Source: Euglena gracilis
Lineage: Eukaryota
Direction of reading: 5' to 3'
DNA: 64,000 bases
Assembly (NCBI GenBank): GCA_039621445.1
Contig: CP154954.1
Span: 31,272,012 to 31,336,011 of the forward strand
Shown: piece after piece, positions 1 to 31,566 of the stretch
Layout of the letters: each line of letters begins with the position of its first letter
Position numbering within the stretch: position 1 is the stretch's first letter
The notes under the pieces: model-generated
The model's input: the letters and a program-made list of their open reading frames with translations, nothing else
What the model was told of the DNA's origin: nothing
Databases searched by the model: none
Position numbers and translations under genes: made by a program

Positions 1-386
1 GTGTCCGCGAGGGACAACAAAGTCCAGGAGGGATCTTCATTTTGTCCAAAATTCCCTGCTAGGGGGTGTATGGGACGCGGGGGGGGGAGGACGGGGGGAG
101 ACGCCCCTTAGAGACCGAATTTTTTTCCATCGCCGAACAAGGTGCCTGCAAGGTGCAAAAAAATGTTTGTAGACAAAGGGCCAGTTGTGGATAGTCCTGG
201 TTTGGTTAGGAGTATGTACAAATACAGCAAGCGCGAGTAAGCGAGCGAACGCTTGAGCAAAGCTCAAGGTTGGGGGTTTGGGGAGTATAGGTTTATGTGT
301 GATGGTCTAGAGGACCAGTGTGAAAGGGAGAGGAGGGGAAAAAGAGAGGGGGGGGGGTGTGAGGGCACCGGCGTCAGGGTGAATTA

Positions 387-913
387 TCACGTAGATAAAA
401 GCATCCGGTCTGTGGCTCTTTCGGCCAGGCGCAGTTGGCGGGCAACTGCCCGGGCGAGTATGATAGATAGATTCTCTGTCAGTTCCTGGAGCCGGCGTTG
501 TTTGACAATGCCGGCGAAAGCGTTTGTAGCCATGTGGAGGATTTCACGGAGGAGCTTGGCAGCGGCAGGGCCAGGACAGCCCCACGGGTTGAAAGTCACA
601 CCGGAGTAAGTCCCACTGATGCCGCGAACATCTGTCCTCTGCCTGGTTCCTTTTATGCAGCTCAGCATCGGGCAAAGTGCGTGAGACACGGGTGAGATTC
701 AGAGGCCACTGGGAGGGGGGCCAGAGGGTGTTCGATGGAAACGTCTACGGCAAGGTGCCGTCCTTTGTTCCGGCCGAGCAGTGGGAGGTCGGCATCGCGA
801 GTGCCAGATTCGCAGCTCTGCTCCTTGCGAACAGAATCGCCTGCTCGCTGGCAGAGATCGACGATGGCGTCCCGGAGGCAGTTATGTCTTTCGGTGACGC
901 CGTTCTTGCGGCC
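387..913 (-). pseudogene. 3' fragment of a second CRE-like non-LTR element (restriction-like endonuclease domain), frameshifted
   Basis: Manual translation RKNGVTERHNCLRDAIVDLCQRAGDSVRKEQ...RDADL...LAVDVSIEHPLAP then ...FNPWGCPGPAA...LSIILARAVARQL aligns by eye with the C-terminus of ORF 1438-3018. Confidence 0.75.
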
Positions 914-1437
914 TAATGATTGTACCGGGTTTTCACCTTCCCCTTACATCCTCCATCACGGTGGGTAGCACAGCTTCACCCAAACCGTGCCCCGGGCCCA
1001 GGGAAACGTCTCTTTTGGCCCTCGCCACAAGAGGAACCCCCTTGTGACTCCCTGTGCCGCCACAGGTCGCGGGTAGCTTATACTGTGGGAGTAATGTACA
1101 AAAGAGTGTTGTCAGGGTGCGGAGGTTGGTTAGCGGAAGATGAGCAAAGGTCACCTTCAATAAATATTGGGCGGGGAGGGGGGCGTTTGTACCTCTTTTG
1201 CCACAGGATGGCGTGTTTGTGTCGGGTTTTTTGGCTTTTGTTGTGTTCTGCTTCTCTGCGCGTCTATGTGACCCATTGATTTGTCTTTGGCTCGGCGTGT
1301 GGCTCTGCTCAAGGGGTAACTAGGGGTTACTGAGTTGTGTCTTCTTTGCTCATTTTGTAATCTGACCTTGGGGTGCTAACATAGTAGGTGAGAGTTCAAG
1401 GTTGGTTATTTGGTTGAGAGTTTGTGCTCAAAGGCCT

Positions 1438-4400
1438 TCAGACAGAATATGGTGAGTGGGCGGAAGACAGGGTGATCTCATCTTTGGAAGAATACAAGCT
1501 CCAAACGAGCTGTCTACTGATTTCTCTGATAAGTGTGAAGGACAGGCCTTGCCAAATGTCTGCTTCTGCGGCCCGCCGTTGCCACCCTTCCCGCTGCCCC
1601 AGAAGGGCCTTGAGGAGGGTGGCCATCAAGGAGCGCGCTTCTTGTCCCATGCCCCCGTAGCAATCCATGACGAATGGCATCAACCGCCAGCCCAGTCGTT
1701 GGCATGTTGCATCATATTTGGTATGCTTTTCAGCCTCCTGACGTGTTTGCCATTGTGAAAGGCTCTCTGCACTTCGGAGCGGATGACTTTGCGCAAGGGT
1801 GTGGCGGATTGTCACATCCACTGCAACGGGTCCATCACTGTCCAAGCGAGGAATGAAGATGTCCCCAGGCCGGGAACGGTCATCAACTCGTTGTTCTTTA
1901 CGGGCTGTGAATCCTGCCTTCTGTGTTGTGGTTGTCAGAAAGTCTTGGACAGCCCCGTGCCGCCGGGTGATGAAGTTTGATTTGCAGCAAACGAGGTGGT
2001 GTCCGAGAAAGTCTGATGGTCCAAAGCATTTGGGACAGAGGTTGGGATCGGATTCCATTGGTGTGAGAGTCATTCCGAGGGACCAACGAAGTGTGCAGCG
2101 GAATTCAGCCGTGGGTAACAGGGTGCGCAGTCCTTGAGATGGTGTCAAAGCGGCCCACGCCATAGCATGCGGTTGGCATTGGCTTGCAAAACGTACAGCA
2201 GCAGGTCCATTCAATGTGTCCCGAAGTGTTTTCTGGCGGGCAAGCATGCCCTGCTGGTTCCACCAACGTTGTGAATTGTGTGGAGACTGTGCCTGAGGAA
2301 TCAGGTTTTTGTCACTGGCCCATTGTGGCAGTGGAGCCATTTGACCAAGTTCATTGAGGGCTGTCTGTAAACAATCGTCAGTGTCCTTGGGAAGGATGTC
2401 CATGGCAGCAGGCAGGCCCAAGACAGAGGGAGCTCTTCGACAAAAGTCCACCACTTGAGACAATCTGGCAGGCACACGTTGAAATAGTGGATCCGAGATC
2501 CCCAGTCCACGGCATCTGATGGCCAGGGAAACTTGCAGCCATTCTTCTGGGGTGCAAGGGGAGCCGACCATGCCACTGAATGTTTCCCGAATAATTCCCG
2601 ACAATGTCTTGCATGCCGCTGTTGCAGAGGAGATTTTACAGGCGCGCAAGAGGTCATTCACTTTGCAAGCGGGTAAGCAAAACCGAAGCAAGGTGAATTG
2701 CACATGCGATTGAGGTAGGTGCTGAAGTACTGTGCAAGAACGTCGGATGTCTTCAATGCGCTTATTCCAAACTTCTTCACAGAAGGGGTCATCTTGGGGG
2801 TGGTGGACAGGGACCCCTAAAACTTTCAGACCAAAACCAGCAACAAAGGCGGTCAGTGGTATTTGATGTAAGGGGCTATCCTGTGGCGTGCCAGGGGGAA
2901 TGCAAGGGGCACCTTCTGTTGATGTGAACGCTGGTCCCCACAATCGACATTTTGCAGGGTTCACGGCCAACCCAAGCGTGGCTGCCTCGCGAATTAGAAA
3001 TGCAAGGGCATTGTGCAATTGTGCTGGCTATCCCAGCAGATGGGCATCGTCCAAGTACCACCCCTGCCATTCAACCAAACGTGAGAGGCCCTCACAAAGG
3101 TCTTGCACACCCCAGGCGAAAGCTGCAGGTCCGCATGGGTCGCCTTGTTGAGCTCCCCTCTGGGAAGGCAGACAATGGTTTCCACAATACAACTTGCTGT
3201 GTTGGGCGTAGCACGAATCCAGCCAAGGGCACACTTCTGGGCATCGTCTACGGATGGATTGCAGGATTTTTTCCCGTGACAAGGAGTTGAAGGCATTCCT
3301 GAAATCCACTTGAAGCAGCCCCCAGCGATTGTCTCTGCCCGAATGCAGAGTGTCCACCATCTGTTGGATTCCCATTGCGATCAATGGACATGCATTCGGC
3401 ACACCAACGCCACATTGAGGAGGACTCAGTTCTTTCAAAGCGTTCACCACTGTGGGATGACGCACGAGGCATTTGCCAACCAATCGGCGGAGTGTTTCAC
3501 CTGCTGCGATCGGGCGAGTGTCTTCATCACACACCGTGTGCTCCACAAGGTTTCCAAAAGCATCCTCTTCCATTGCTGTTTGTTTGTTCTGTTTTCGCAG
3601 AGGTGTCAACCTGGCAGAGGAAAGAATTGGGGCCATGCCGGGGTGAACACCGTGTGTAATTGCCCGACAGATGAAGGTATCAAGCACTTCGAGGAGGTCA
3701 TCTCCACAAGCCCCCATAGCTGGCGTTTTTTTTTTTGTTTTTTTAAAAAAAAACGTTTTTTTTGTTTTTTATTAAAAAAAACGGGCAAAAAAAACGGCCA
3801 AAAAAACAAAGGGGAAAATGATGGTCCAAATTTTGCCTTTGATTGCAAGGGTGAACCAATCTTAGCTCAAATGACTTGAAAACCAATACTTTTGGTTGTC
3901 TTCAACAAGATGGTCAAAATAGGGCATTTTTCTGCAATTTTGGGATGTTTCAACTTGAAACATCCCAAATTTGGTGTCTTTCTCTGACCGAGGATGGGCA
4001 AAAAAAGCTAAAATTGAAGACAAAAACTTTTTTGCCCTGGACCCTCAATGGCGTTTTTTTGTTTTTTTTAAAATTTTAAAAAAACATGTTTTTTTAAAAA
4101 AAACGTGTTTTTTTTGACTTCGTTTTAAACGAAGTGCCAGCTATGCAAGCCCCTGGGTAGTCTCCAACCATGGCCTTGAGGTGGTCAGGTCTCAGGCCGG
4201 AAGGTCCCGGTGCGGATTCCTTTGGGAACCCGAATATAGCTTTGCGCAAATTTTGCAATCGCTCTTTTGTGCTTTCCGGAGGAAAGGTAATCGTTTGGGA
4301 AGGGTCGGCCACTGGGATGCGCAGTGGAGGCTCTGGTGGGTGAAGGTCACGCAGCCTTTGAATCACTTTTGGGTCATTGCTGTTCTGAACCCCCTCAGAG

Positions 4401-5345
4401 GTGAGCTCTCGGCATGCTTTTGAAATAGCCCCGTGGCCAACAAGGCTTTCAATGCGGGAGAGGAACCGTTCTTCAGTTGCCTAGGCTGCCAGTGCTGTTT
4501 TTTTGCCTTGTCTGTCTGCCTTGTGGCTTTTGTGGGAGACTGGAGTCCAACCAAGAATCAAATACAGGACGGGTGAGATACAAGCGAGCTCGTTCTGCAA
4601 TTTTCTCCCCACCATCGCCCAGTTCGATCGCCCGCCACGTTGCAAAGGACAAAGCACCGCTTTGGGGAAGGCCCACAAGGCGTGCAGGGTTTCCCAGCCA
4701 GGTTCCCTATTGAAATGCCTCAACAATTGCAGGTAGGTTTGATTGACATTGAGGAGGGCTCCACGCGGCAGGTATACAAGGGTGCCTGTCATCAAAAGAA
4801 ATTTCCTCAAAAGTGGGATGAAGGGATGGTGGGCATGGAGCAGAGAATGGCGTACCCCAGCAATGTGATTTTGGCCAATGGGGGTTGGTGGGGGTCTAGC
4901 TGGGGCTGGTGACGATGCTGCTGCGGTTGTTGCCACTAAGGATGAAGAGCTACCCAATGGGGGGTTGGAGAAGTTCAGGAAAGGCGTCGCCTGATTAGCT
5001 TGCATCCACATGGCCCCAACGTCTGACAGGGGGAAGGGTCCTGGTCCTTGTGTGCCAATTGGGTTCTCCATGATGACCGTGGAGCATATTGAGGGGAGGC
5101 CTTGTTGGCCAAAGAACAATGCACCCAGCAGATTTGGGAACCAAGATTCCCCCCTTTCCAAGGTGGTGCGGGTGTGGTGGTGTGTGATCGGGGGGTGAAA
5201 TTATTTAAATTGTGCTGCCTGGCGCCATGTCCAACGTCCTCACCCGACACCGACGGGGGGCTCTGCGGGTGGTGGTGCTGTAGGAGGGATGGAGATTTGT
5301 GATGCTGGCGCCATGTCAATATCCTCACCCGAAACAAATGGTGGG
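1438..5345 (-). pseudogene. Reverse transcriptase / RLE polyprotein (interrupted)
   Basis: SAPGPSGLRPDHL, RPIAAGETLRRLVGK, VDFRNAFN, QRGAQQGDP, WYLDD, CPKC..HHLVCC, RPGDIF..VAVDVT; in-frame TAG at 3028-3030, MITE at 3715-4145, frameshifts upstream. Confidence 0.9.
3715..4145. mobile_element. hAT-type MITE inserted in the CRE RT gene
   Basis: TIR CATAGCTGGC/GCCAGCTATG; perfect 8-bp TSD CAAGCCCC; removal restores DYPGACGDDLL. Confidence 0.9.
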
Positions 5346-5859
5346 TCTGTTTCGGGCACAACAAAATGGAAATTTGGGGGTAACAGCCGCCGAGACGCGC
5401 TCGCGCGAGGCCAAAAAAAAAAAAAAAAAAGCACAAGCACTTTGTGTTGTGTTGGTCAAAAAATGGCCCAAACAAATGGCAAAAATTGACCACTTTTTTG
5501 TTTTTTGGAACCCAAAAATCCTTCCGAGTTTGGAATGGTTCGCCTCCGCGCCGGAGGCCATAATACGGCACAAAAAGAAAAAAAAAAATATAAAAAAAAG
5601 AAAAAACCCGTATTTGTTAAATTGCTCCACCCGCGCGGCGCCCCGCGCGGCCGGCTCGCCCCCCCTCAGCCCCCCCCCCCCCCCCGCTGTGCTAGCCCCC
5701 TGTGTGCTGTCTTGTGCAGGAGTGAAGGCACAAGCATTTTTCTTTGTTTGGCCGACGTTGGGTGGTCTTTTCCGATCACCGGAGAGGGAACCTGGGGGTT
5801 GTCAAGTTCATTTTGCTGAAGTGGGAAGGTTGCAGGCCAGCAGAATGTGGCAGAACTGG

Positions 5860-6590
5860 CTGGCTGGGGGGCCATTGTTGCAGACCAAAAGGTGTATGTG
5901 CTGTCTGGCTGGGGGGCCACTGTTGCAGGCGAAAATGTGGAGGAACATGGTCGCCAGTTTGTCGGGGGCTTTTCTGGCTGAGAGCAAAAATGGTGTCAGG
6001 GGGGGCCTTTGCAGGCCCATGGCCTTTGCAGGCCACTGGGACAAAATGGTGCAACAGGACAAAAAGGTGTCACAGGGGGGCCTTTGCAGGCCCAGGGCCT
6101 TTGCAGGCCACTGGAGCAAAATGGTGTTGGAGGGGGGCCTTTGCAGGCCCAGGGCCTTTGCAGGCCACTGGGGCAAAATGGTGCAACAGACCGAAATGAT
6201 GTTACAGGGGGGCCTTTGCAGGCCCAGTGACTTTGCAGGACATTGGGGTAAAACAGTGTCACTGAGGGGTTGGGGTGGCAAAATGCTTTTCAATGTCAAG
6301 TCAAAACTGCTGCAAAAAGTGTCACTGAGGGGTTGGGGTGGCAAAATGTTTTTCAATGTCCAGCCAAAACTGCTGCAAAATGTGTCACAGCTTTTGGTGT
6401 AACATGTGCTGTGAAAACTGGGGTTTGCCACTTCAATTGATCACAGGTTTGGGATGCAATGCAGAACACAGAAAAGAAGACACTGGAGCTGAAAGTGGCA
6501 CCTAATGGTTGGCAGATGGGGGGCCTTTGCAGGCCCAATGGGGGGGGCCTTTGCAGGCCCAATGGGGGGGGCCTTTGCAGGCCCAATAGG
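5860..6590. repeat. GGGGGCCTTTGCAGGCCCA minisatellite in the CRE 5' region
   Basis: About ten copies of the CCTTTGCAGGCC core; also at 52870-53605. Confidence 0.85.
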
Positions 6591-6868
6591 AACCAGCAGG
6601 GCTGAAAAGCCCAGTAAGTCGAACTTCTGGGGCTGCAGATAAGGGCTGAGAAACCCACTTCAACTGGAGAACTTGTCCTCGAACTGCACTGCACCTTGGT
6701 CTCGGCTATGAACTTGAACTTGAACTTGAACCCTTTTTCTTTGAACTTGATACCAGTACTTGTTACTTGAATTGTTCTTGTAACTTGAACTGCCAGGGAC
6801 TTCACCTTGACCAGCACTTTTAACTTGAACCCCTCCAGGGGCTTTCACTTCTCGACCATGTGATATGT

Positions 6869-6894
6869 CGAAAAAAAATAGACACTCAGAAAGT
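6869..6894 (-). ncRNA. Euglena spliced-leader exon copy (relic, no GT donor)
   Basis: Reverse complement reads ACTTTCTGAGTGTCTATTTTTTTTCG, the 26-nt Euglena SL; followed by ACATATC. Confidence 0.85.
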
Positions 6895-7824
6895 TTTTGC
6901 GCATTAGGACTTCCCTGCCTATTGTCGGACCAGAATTCGCCCTCAGGTGACACCTCTGAACTGTGTGTGGGATCGACCGGAGACACCAAAAAAAAGTTTG
7001 AAATCCCACCCCCACCTCTTGTCTCAAGGATGCAAAAATCATCGCAGATTTTCCGAGAAAGGAGAAAATCTTTGTTTCTTCACACCAAGTGTCAATATGC
7101 CAATGGTCTCAATCAAAGATTTTCACCTGAACTTTGCGTCCAAGTGGATGCACATGGGTTGTGCCGCAAATGCTCCAACGCTCTGAACTGGCATGGCCAC
7201 AATCCATTCACCCTGTCTGCAGGCAACCAATGTCATCCCCTCAGTTTGATGATTTTTTGCCCCTTCCAAATTCCATTTACACTGAGCTTGAACTTCCAAC
7301 TGACTTGTGGACCAAGGCAGTCAAGCTCCTCCTTTATCATCCCAGTGGGTGTGTCCAGGTGGGGTGGTACGGTGAATCGCAAGGGAAGTAAGGGAAGGGA
7401 ATCGGCCAAACAGCCATCGACCCCTCCCACCTCCTCCCGTATTTTCGGGAGCACCAATTTTCGACCCCAAAATTTTTTCCCGGATTTGTTAAAAAAACCT
7501 GTGAAATTGCTGCAGTGGGGTGGGTCGACCCCCCCCCACGGATGGGGAGTCGACCCACCCAACAGGCCCTCCCGAACTGCCCCCCAATGATCCATGGGTT
7601 TTCATTCATTTGCGGTGGACAATGGGCACTCCTTTATCTGATGGTTCCATCAGACACGCAAATGTCATGCCCCCCCCCCCCCCGAGCTGTCCCCCCCCCT
7701 AGCATTGCGGCGAAAGAAATATTGAAATATTTCATGAAATTTCACAAATATATTTTCTTATCGGTGAAGGATTTAAAAACGTGTTCAGCCCGCCAAATGC
7801 CTGCCCTGAAATTCGTGGTCATGA

Positions 7825-7980
7825 ACACGTTTTCAATGAGGGCATTTGTGGCAATGACACGTTTTCCATCAAGGCATCTGTGTTCAGGCACGTTTTCAAT
7901 GAGGGCATTTGTGGCAATGACACGTTTTCCATTAAGGCATCTGTGTTCAGGCACGTTTTCCATTAGGGCATCTGTGGCAA
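7825..7980. repeat. ~51-bp tandem repeat, about 3 copies
   Basis: CACGTTTTCAATGAGGGCATTTGTGGCAATGACACGTTTTCC... repeated. Confidence 0.75.
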
Positions 7981-8079
7981 CCCCGAGCAAGAAGCAAAAA
8001 TCGCTGTCATGAAAAAACGGCGTGCGGTTGAGAGGCCGGGTGGTCCTCAACGGGTGAGGCGGGGCGGGGGCACTCTAAC

Positions 8080-8565
8080 TAGGGTTGTGCCAATTAATCG
8101 TTTTGGGCTGGCGAACGATTAATCGCGATTAATCGGGGGGTCTCGGACGATTAACGATTAATTGGTCCCTTCCGATTTTTGATAATGAAATCTGCCTGAG
8201 AAATTATATCATCGAACATAGACCATTTCTTTGTGTGCCCGCTGACGAATTTTTGTTTCATTCTCCGTTGACATGGCAGAACGAAGCTTGTTAGGAACTG
8301 TTGTTTCTTAATCAGAATCGCGCGATGTTTCACGGGCAGGTTCGCTGACTCGTTGGGCCACTTTTAACAACCGTTTTCATGGCGTACCAGCAAGTAGTGT
8401 GCTATCTGAATGACTACCCACAAATTTCTGTTGATTTCAACAAATATTGTGTTTGCATCCACATTACATCCACAATGAACGATTAAGCGCCATGGGGCCG
8501 AACGATTCGATTAATCGGCGATGACGAACGATTAATCGGTTAATCGATTAATCGAAACAGCCCTA
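8080..8565. mobile_element. 486-bp TAGGG-terminated MITE, copy 1
   Basis: TIR TAGGGTTGT/ACAGCCCTA; subterminal GATTAATC repeats; TSD CTCTAAC; near-identical copies at 37731 and 55084. Confidence 0.9.
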
Positions 8566-8626
8566 CTCTAACAACACGACAGAAGGCTAAGTTGCCTTGG
8601 AGCACAACGACAGGGAGTGGCGGACT

Positions 8627-8788
8627 TCACGGCACACAACACGCTTTACACAAAAAAGAGCCATACTTTGGTGGCTCTTTTGCCAAATCTTGGCAATGAA
8701 AATGATATGCCAATCCGCAGGCGTCACAGACAACTTTGTTCAGCTCCACACAATTTGGATTTTTGGGAATGGCAACACCACAAAATCT
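8627..8788 (-). pseudogene. PHD-finger fragment
   Basis: FCG...VVCDACGLAYHFHCQDLAKEPPKYGSFLCKAC fits C4HC3 spacing, with the first Cys missing. Confidence 0.65.
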
Positions 8789-8804
8789 CGACCATGTGAT
8801 ATGT

Positions 8805-8830
8805 CGAAAAAAAATAGACACTCAGAAAGT
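8805..8830 (-). ncRNA. Euglena spliced-leader exon copy (relic)
   Basis: Exact 26-nt SL inside an 82-bp block repeated at 6850-6931 and 8786-8867. Confidence 0.85.
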
Positions 8831-9049
8831 TTTTGCGCATTAGGACTTCCCTGCCTATTGTCGGACCCTACGATCCCTGATCGCCAGATCCGCGACAGTA
8901 AATTAGGTATTGGCACTGTCCATCCCCTGTTCTGCAGTGTATTTTTCACGAAAGGAAGTACACCAAGTACACCAAGCACTGGAATACGTTTGGAAAGGTT
9001 ATCTTGAAGTTGAAGAATTGGTGATACCATTCATGAACACCTGGAGCCG

Positions 9050-11171
9050 ATGATCAAGTTGGAAGTTCAAGTTCCAAAACAAAAAACCTGCTGTCCAGTT
9101 CGAGATCAGAACACTACTAGCTGGCTGTTTGACTTGCAGACGAAATTTGACAAGAAGATGATGATCCTTAAATTGGTTCTGCTGCTGTTCACCTTCACCA
9201 GCTCTTGGCAGGTGAATTCCCCCTCTCCCTCTCTCCCCTCCTGCCCCCCCTCCTGTCACTGCACTCCCTGGGCCAGTGTTGTCCTTACACGTTTTACAGT
9301 GTTGTACTTACAGTGTTGTACTTACCTTGCTTTTCCTTCCCCCAACAAAATCATTTTACAACACATCCACACCCAGCGACCCAACATTCACCCACAAATC
9401 TTTCATCATCCAAATTTCTCCCCCACACCCCCCTTCCCCATTTCACTGCCAAATGCCCCCCTCCTTTCACTTCCACATCTGGGACATTCCTCCACCACTA
9501 CCAGTGGAATCTTACCGACCACTGTTGCAAAAAATCTCCCCTTCCCATTTTCACACCTTCCCCCCCAACATTCCTGCGCCATTTGCCATACCCATCCCCT
9601 TGTCCCATGTGTTCCCCCGGGGACCTTGGGTACACTTTCTCCCCATTCCTCCCAAACCCAAAAATTTTTCTGGGGTTCTCCTTCCCTAAACACCACCACA
9701 TGGCAAACATGGGCCTCTCTGGTTCTGACTGCAAAAAAGACAAACCCCACACACCTCCCTGAACCTTTCCAGGCAAAGCCCTACACTTTCCCGAACAAAA
9801 AATGGATTCTTCTCTGCGGTGACATTCAGCCCAACCCCGGGCCAGTGTCTTCAGCCAACTGCCCTTTTCCAACCAACCTATCCGCCGGCAAACTGACACC
9901 TTGGGCGTGGTCACGCGGCACCTGGGCGTCTTCCCCCAGCAGGACAAGTACCAGCCCACAACCTTGGTGCACTGTCCACCCTCACATGGGACAACCTGGC
10001 GCTTCCCCTCGGCCTACGCTGCTGCCCGGCCGCACCAGCCCCCCGCACGCAATCACGGCTGCTCACCCCTTCAACAAGTCTTCCCTTCCAAGATATCTAG
10101 GCCCGCCGCCCCCTCTCCCCGAATGACATTTGGCCTACCACCGCACTCACTACCCCAGCCGGCTGCATCCCCACGGACGTCTACCCTTCGCCGCCTCTCG
10201 AAAAGTCAAGAAGACGAGAACGACCATCCACCCTCCCGCAATACACTGTGGGGCCTAGCCGGTCGTTTGTCAAAGCTTAACCTCCCCCATCCAATATCCA
10301 GGAAGTGTATGTACCATATACTCCGGATCATGTTCAATGTCCTCCTAGATCTCCAAACAGCATCGCTTCTGCACCTTACCATGGGTCGCCTTATCTCTCT
10401 CCTCCTCTCCGTCCTCTCCCTCAACTGGCTTCTTATACTCACCCTGAAATATTACAACAATGCCACCTGTGCTCCCCCCTCACAAGAACTTGCAGAACGC
10501 GGGCTTGGACAACGCGGCTCCTATCCCATCCCGACCCATATTTGGGACACTGTTGTCCCCCCCAGCCTCATCCACACCCTCCGCTACCATTCACCACCAC
10601 CATCTCTTCAGCGACGCCCCTCCCCACTCACTTTTGTCCTTCTCCACTCTTTGGCACGGGACAAGTTCCTTCTTCCCCTGCCAAGATCTTCGGGGGACTT
10701 CCACCCCTCCTCCAACATGGCCTCTTTTATCCACCCCAAAAACAGCAGTAAAGTCAGCTTTATTGCCGATTTGCGCTGGGCGAACGCATTCTCCAACCCT
10801 CCACCCTTCCACCTCCCCTCCCTTCCCCAAATCTCCCACACCATTTCCAAATTCCCCCCTGGCACACTGTGGGCTGCCACCATCGACCTCACCAATTTCT
10901 TTTGGAGTCTCGAACTTCCTCCTTCCGCCAAGCACGCCTTCCGCACCTCCTCCTTCTACTTCCCTTGCCTTCCCTTCGGGTGGAACATCCCCCATACTAG
11001 CCCAACTTACCCTTCAAGACCTTATCAAGCAGGCTGTTTCCTCCCTCCCTTCGACGTACACCAACGGAACACACTTCTTCATCTTCACCTACTGTGACGA
11101 CATTCTCGTCCTTGCCCCATCGTACTCCCTCTGCAACCTCGTGACCGGCACCATCACATCTACCCTTCTCT
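9050..11171 (+). mobile_element. DIRS-order-like (Ngaro/VIPER/TATE type) retroelement RT, copy A, frameshifted, cut by gap
   Basis: FIADLR, ATIDLTNFFW, CLPFGWN, SPILAQ, YCDDILV. Confidence 0.7.
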
Positions 11172-11184
11172 NNNNNNNNNNNNN
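11172..11184. other. Assembly gap
   Basis: 13 Ns. Confidence 1.
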
Positions 11185-11257
11185 GTATTCAGAGAGGTTG
11201 AAAGCAAAATAAGGGTGTCCTTAAACTCGCAAGCAATGCAACCAACGGCAGCCACAC

Positions 11258-31544
<20,287 letters not shown>

Positions 31545-31552
31545 AGTTGATG

Positions 31553-31566
31553 CTGAAAAGAAGATG
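31553..31566 (-). promoter_or_regulatory. Putative SL trans-splice acceptor of PPWD1
   Basis: CTTCTTTTCAG ends 8 nt before the ATG. Confidence 0.5.

Larger units (their letters stand above)
914..6894 (-). mobile_element. CRE-clade (RLE) non-LTR retrotransposon, copy A, degenerate; ends approximate
   Basis: RT motifs plus C-terminal Zn-finger and PD..D endonuclease; Pro-rich and repeat-rich 5' region; SL exon at the presumed 5' end. Confidence 0.85.
1..11171. repeat. Segmental duplication copy A (of 46906-58190)
   Basis: Colinear and near-identical to 46906-58190, including the same nested MITEs; ends at an N-gap. Confidence 0.95.

Noticed and set aside
5299-6402. 367-aa plus-strand ORF
   Set aside because: Antisense to the CRE repeat region, low complexity, and not conserved in copy B.
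6869-6894. Functional SL RNA genes
   Set aside because: The exon is followed by AC, not a GT donor, and the copies diverge 19 nt downstream.
8151-8333. Identical 60-aa ORF in three places
   Set aside because: Lies inside the MITE; identity reflects copy age and no domain is recognisable.
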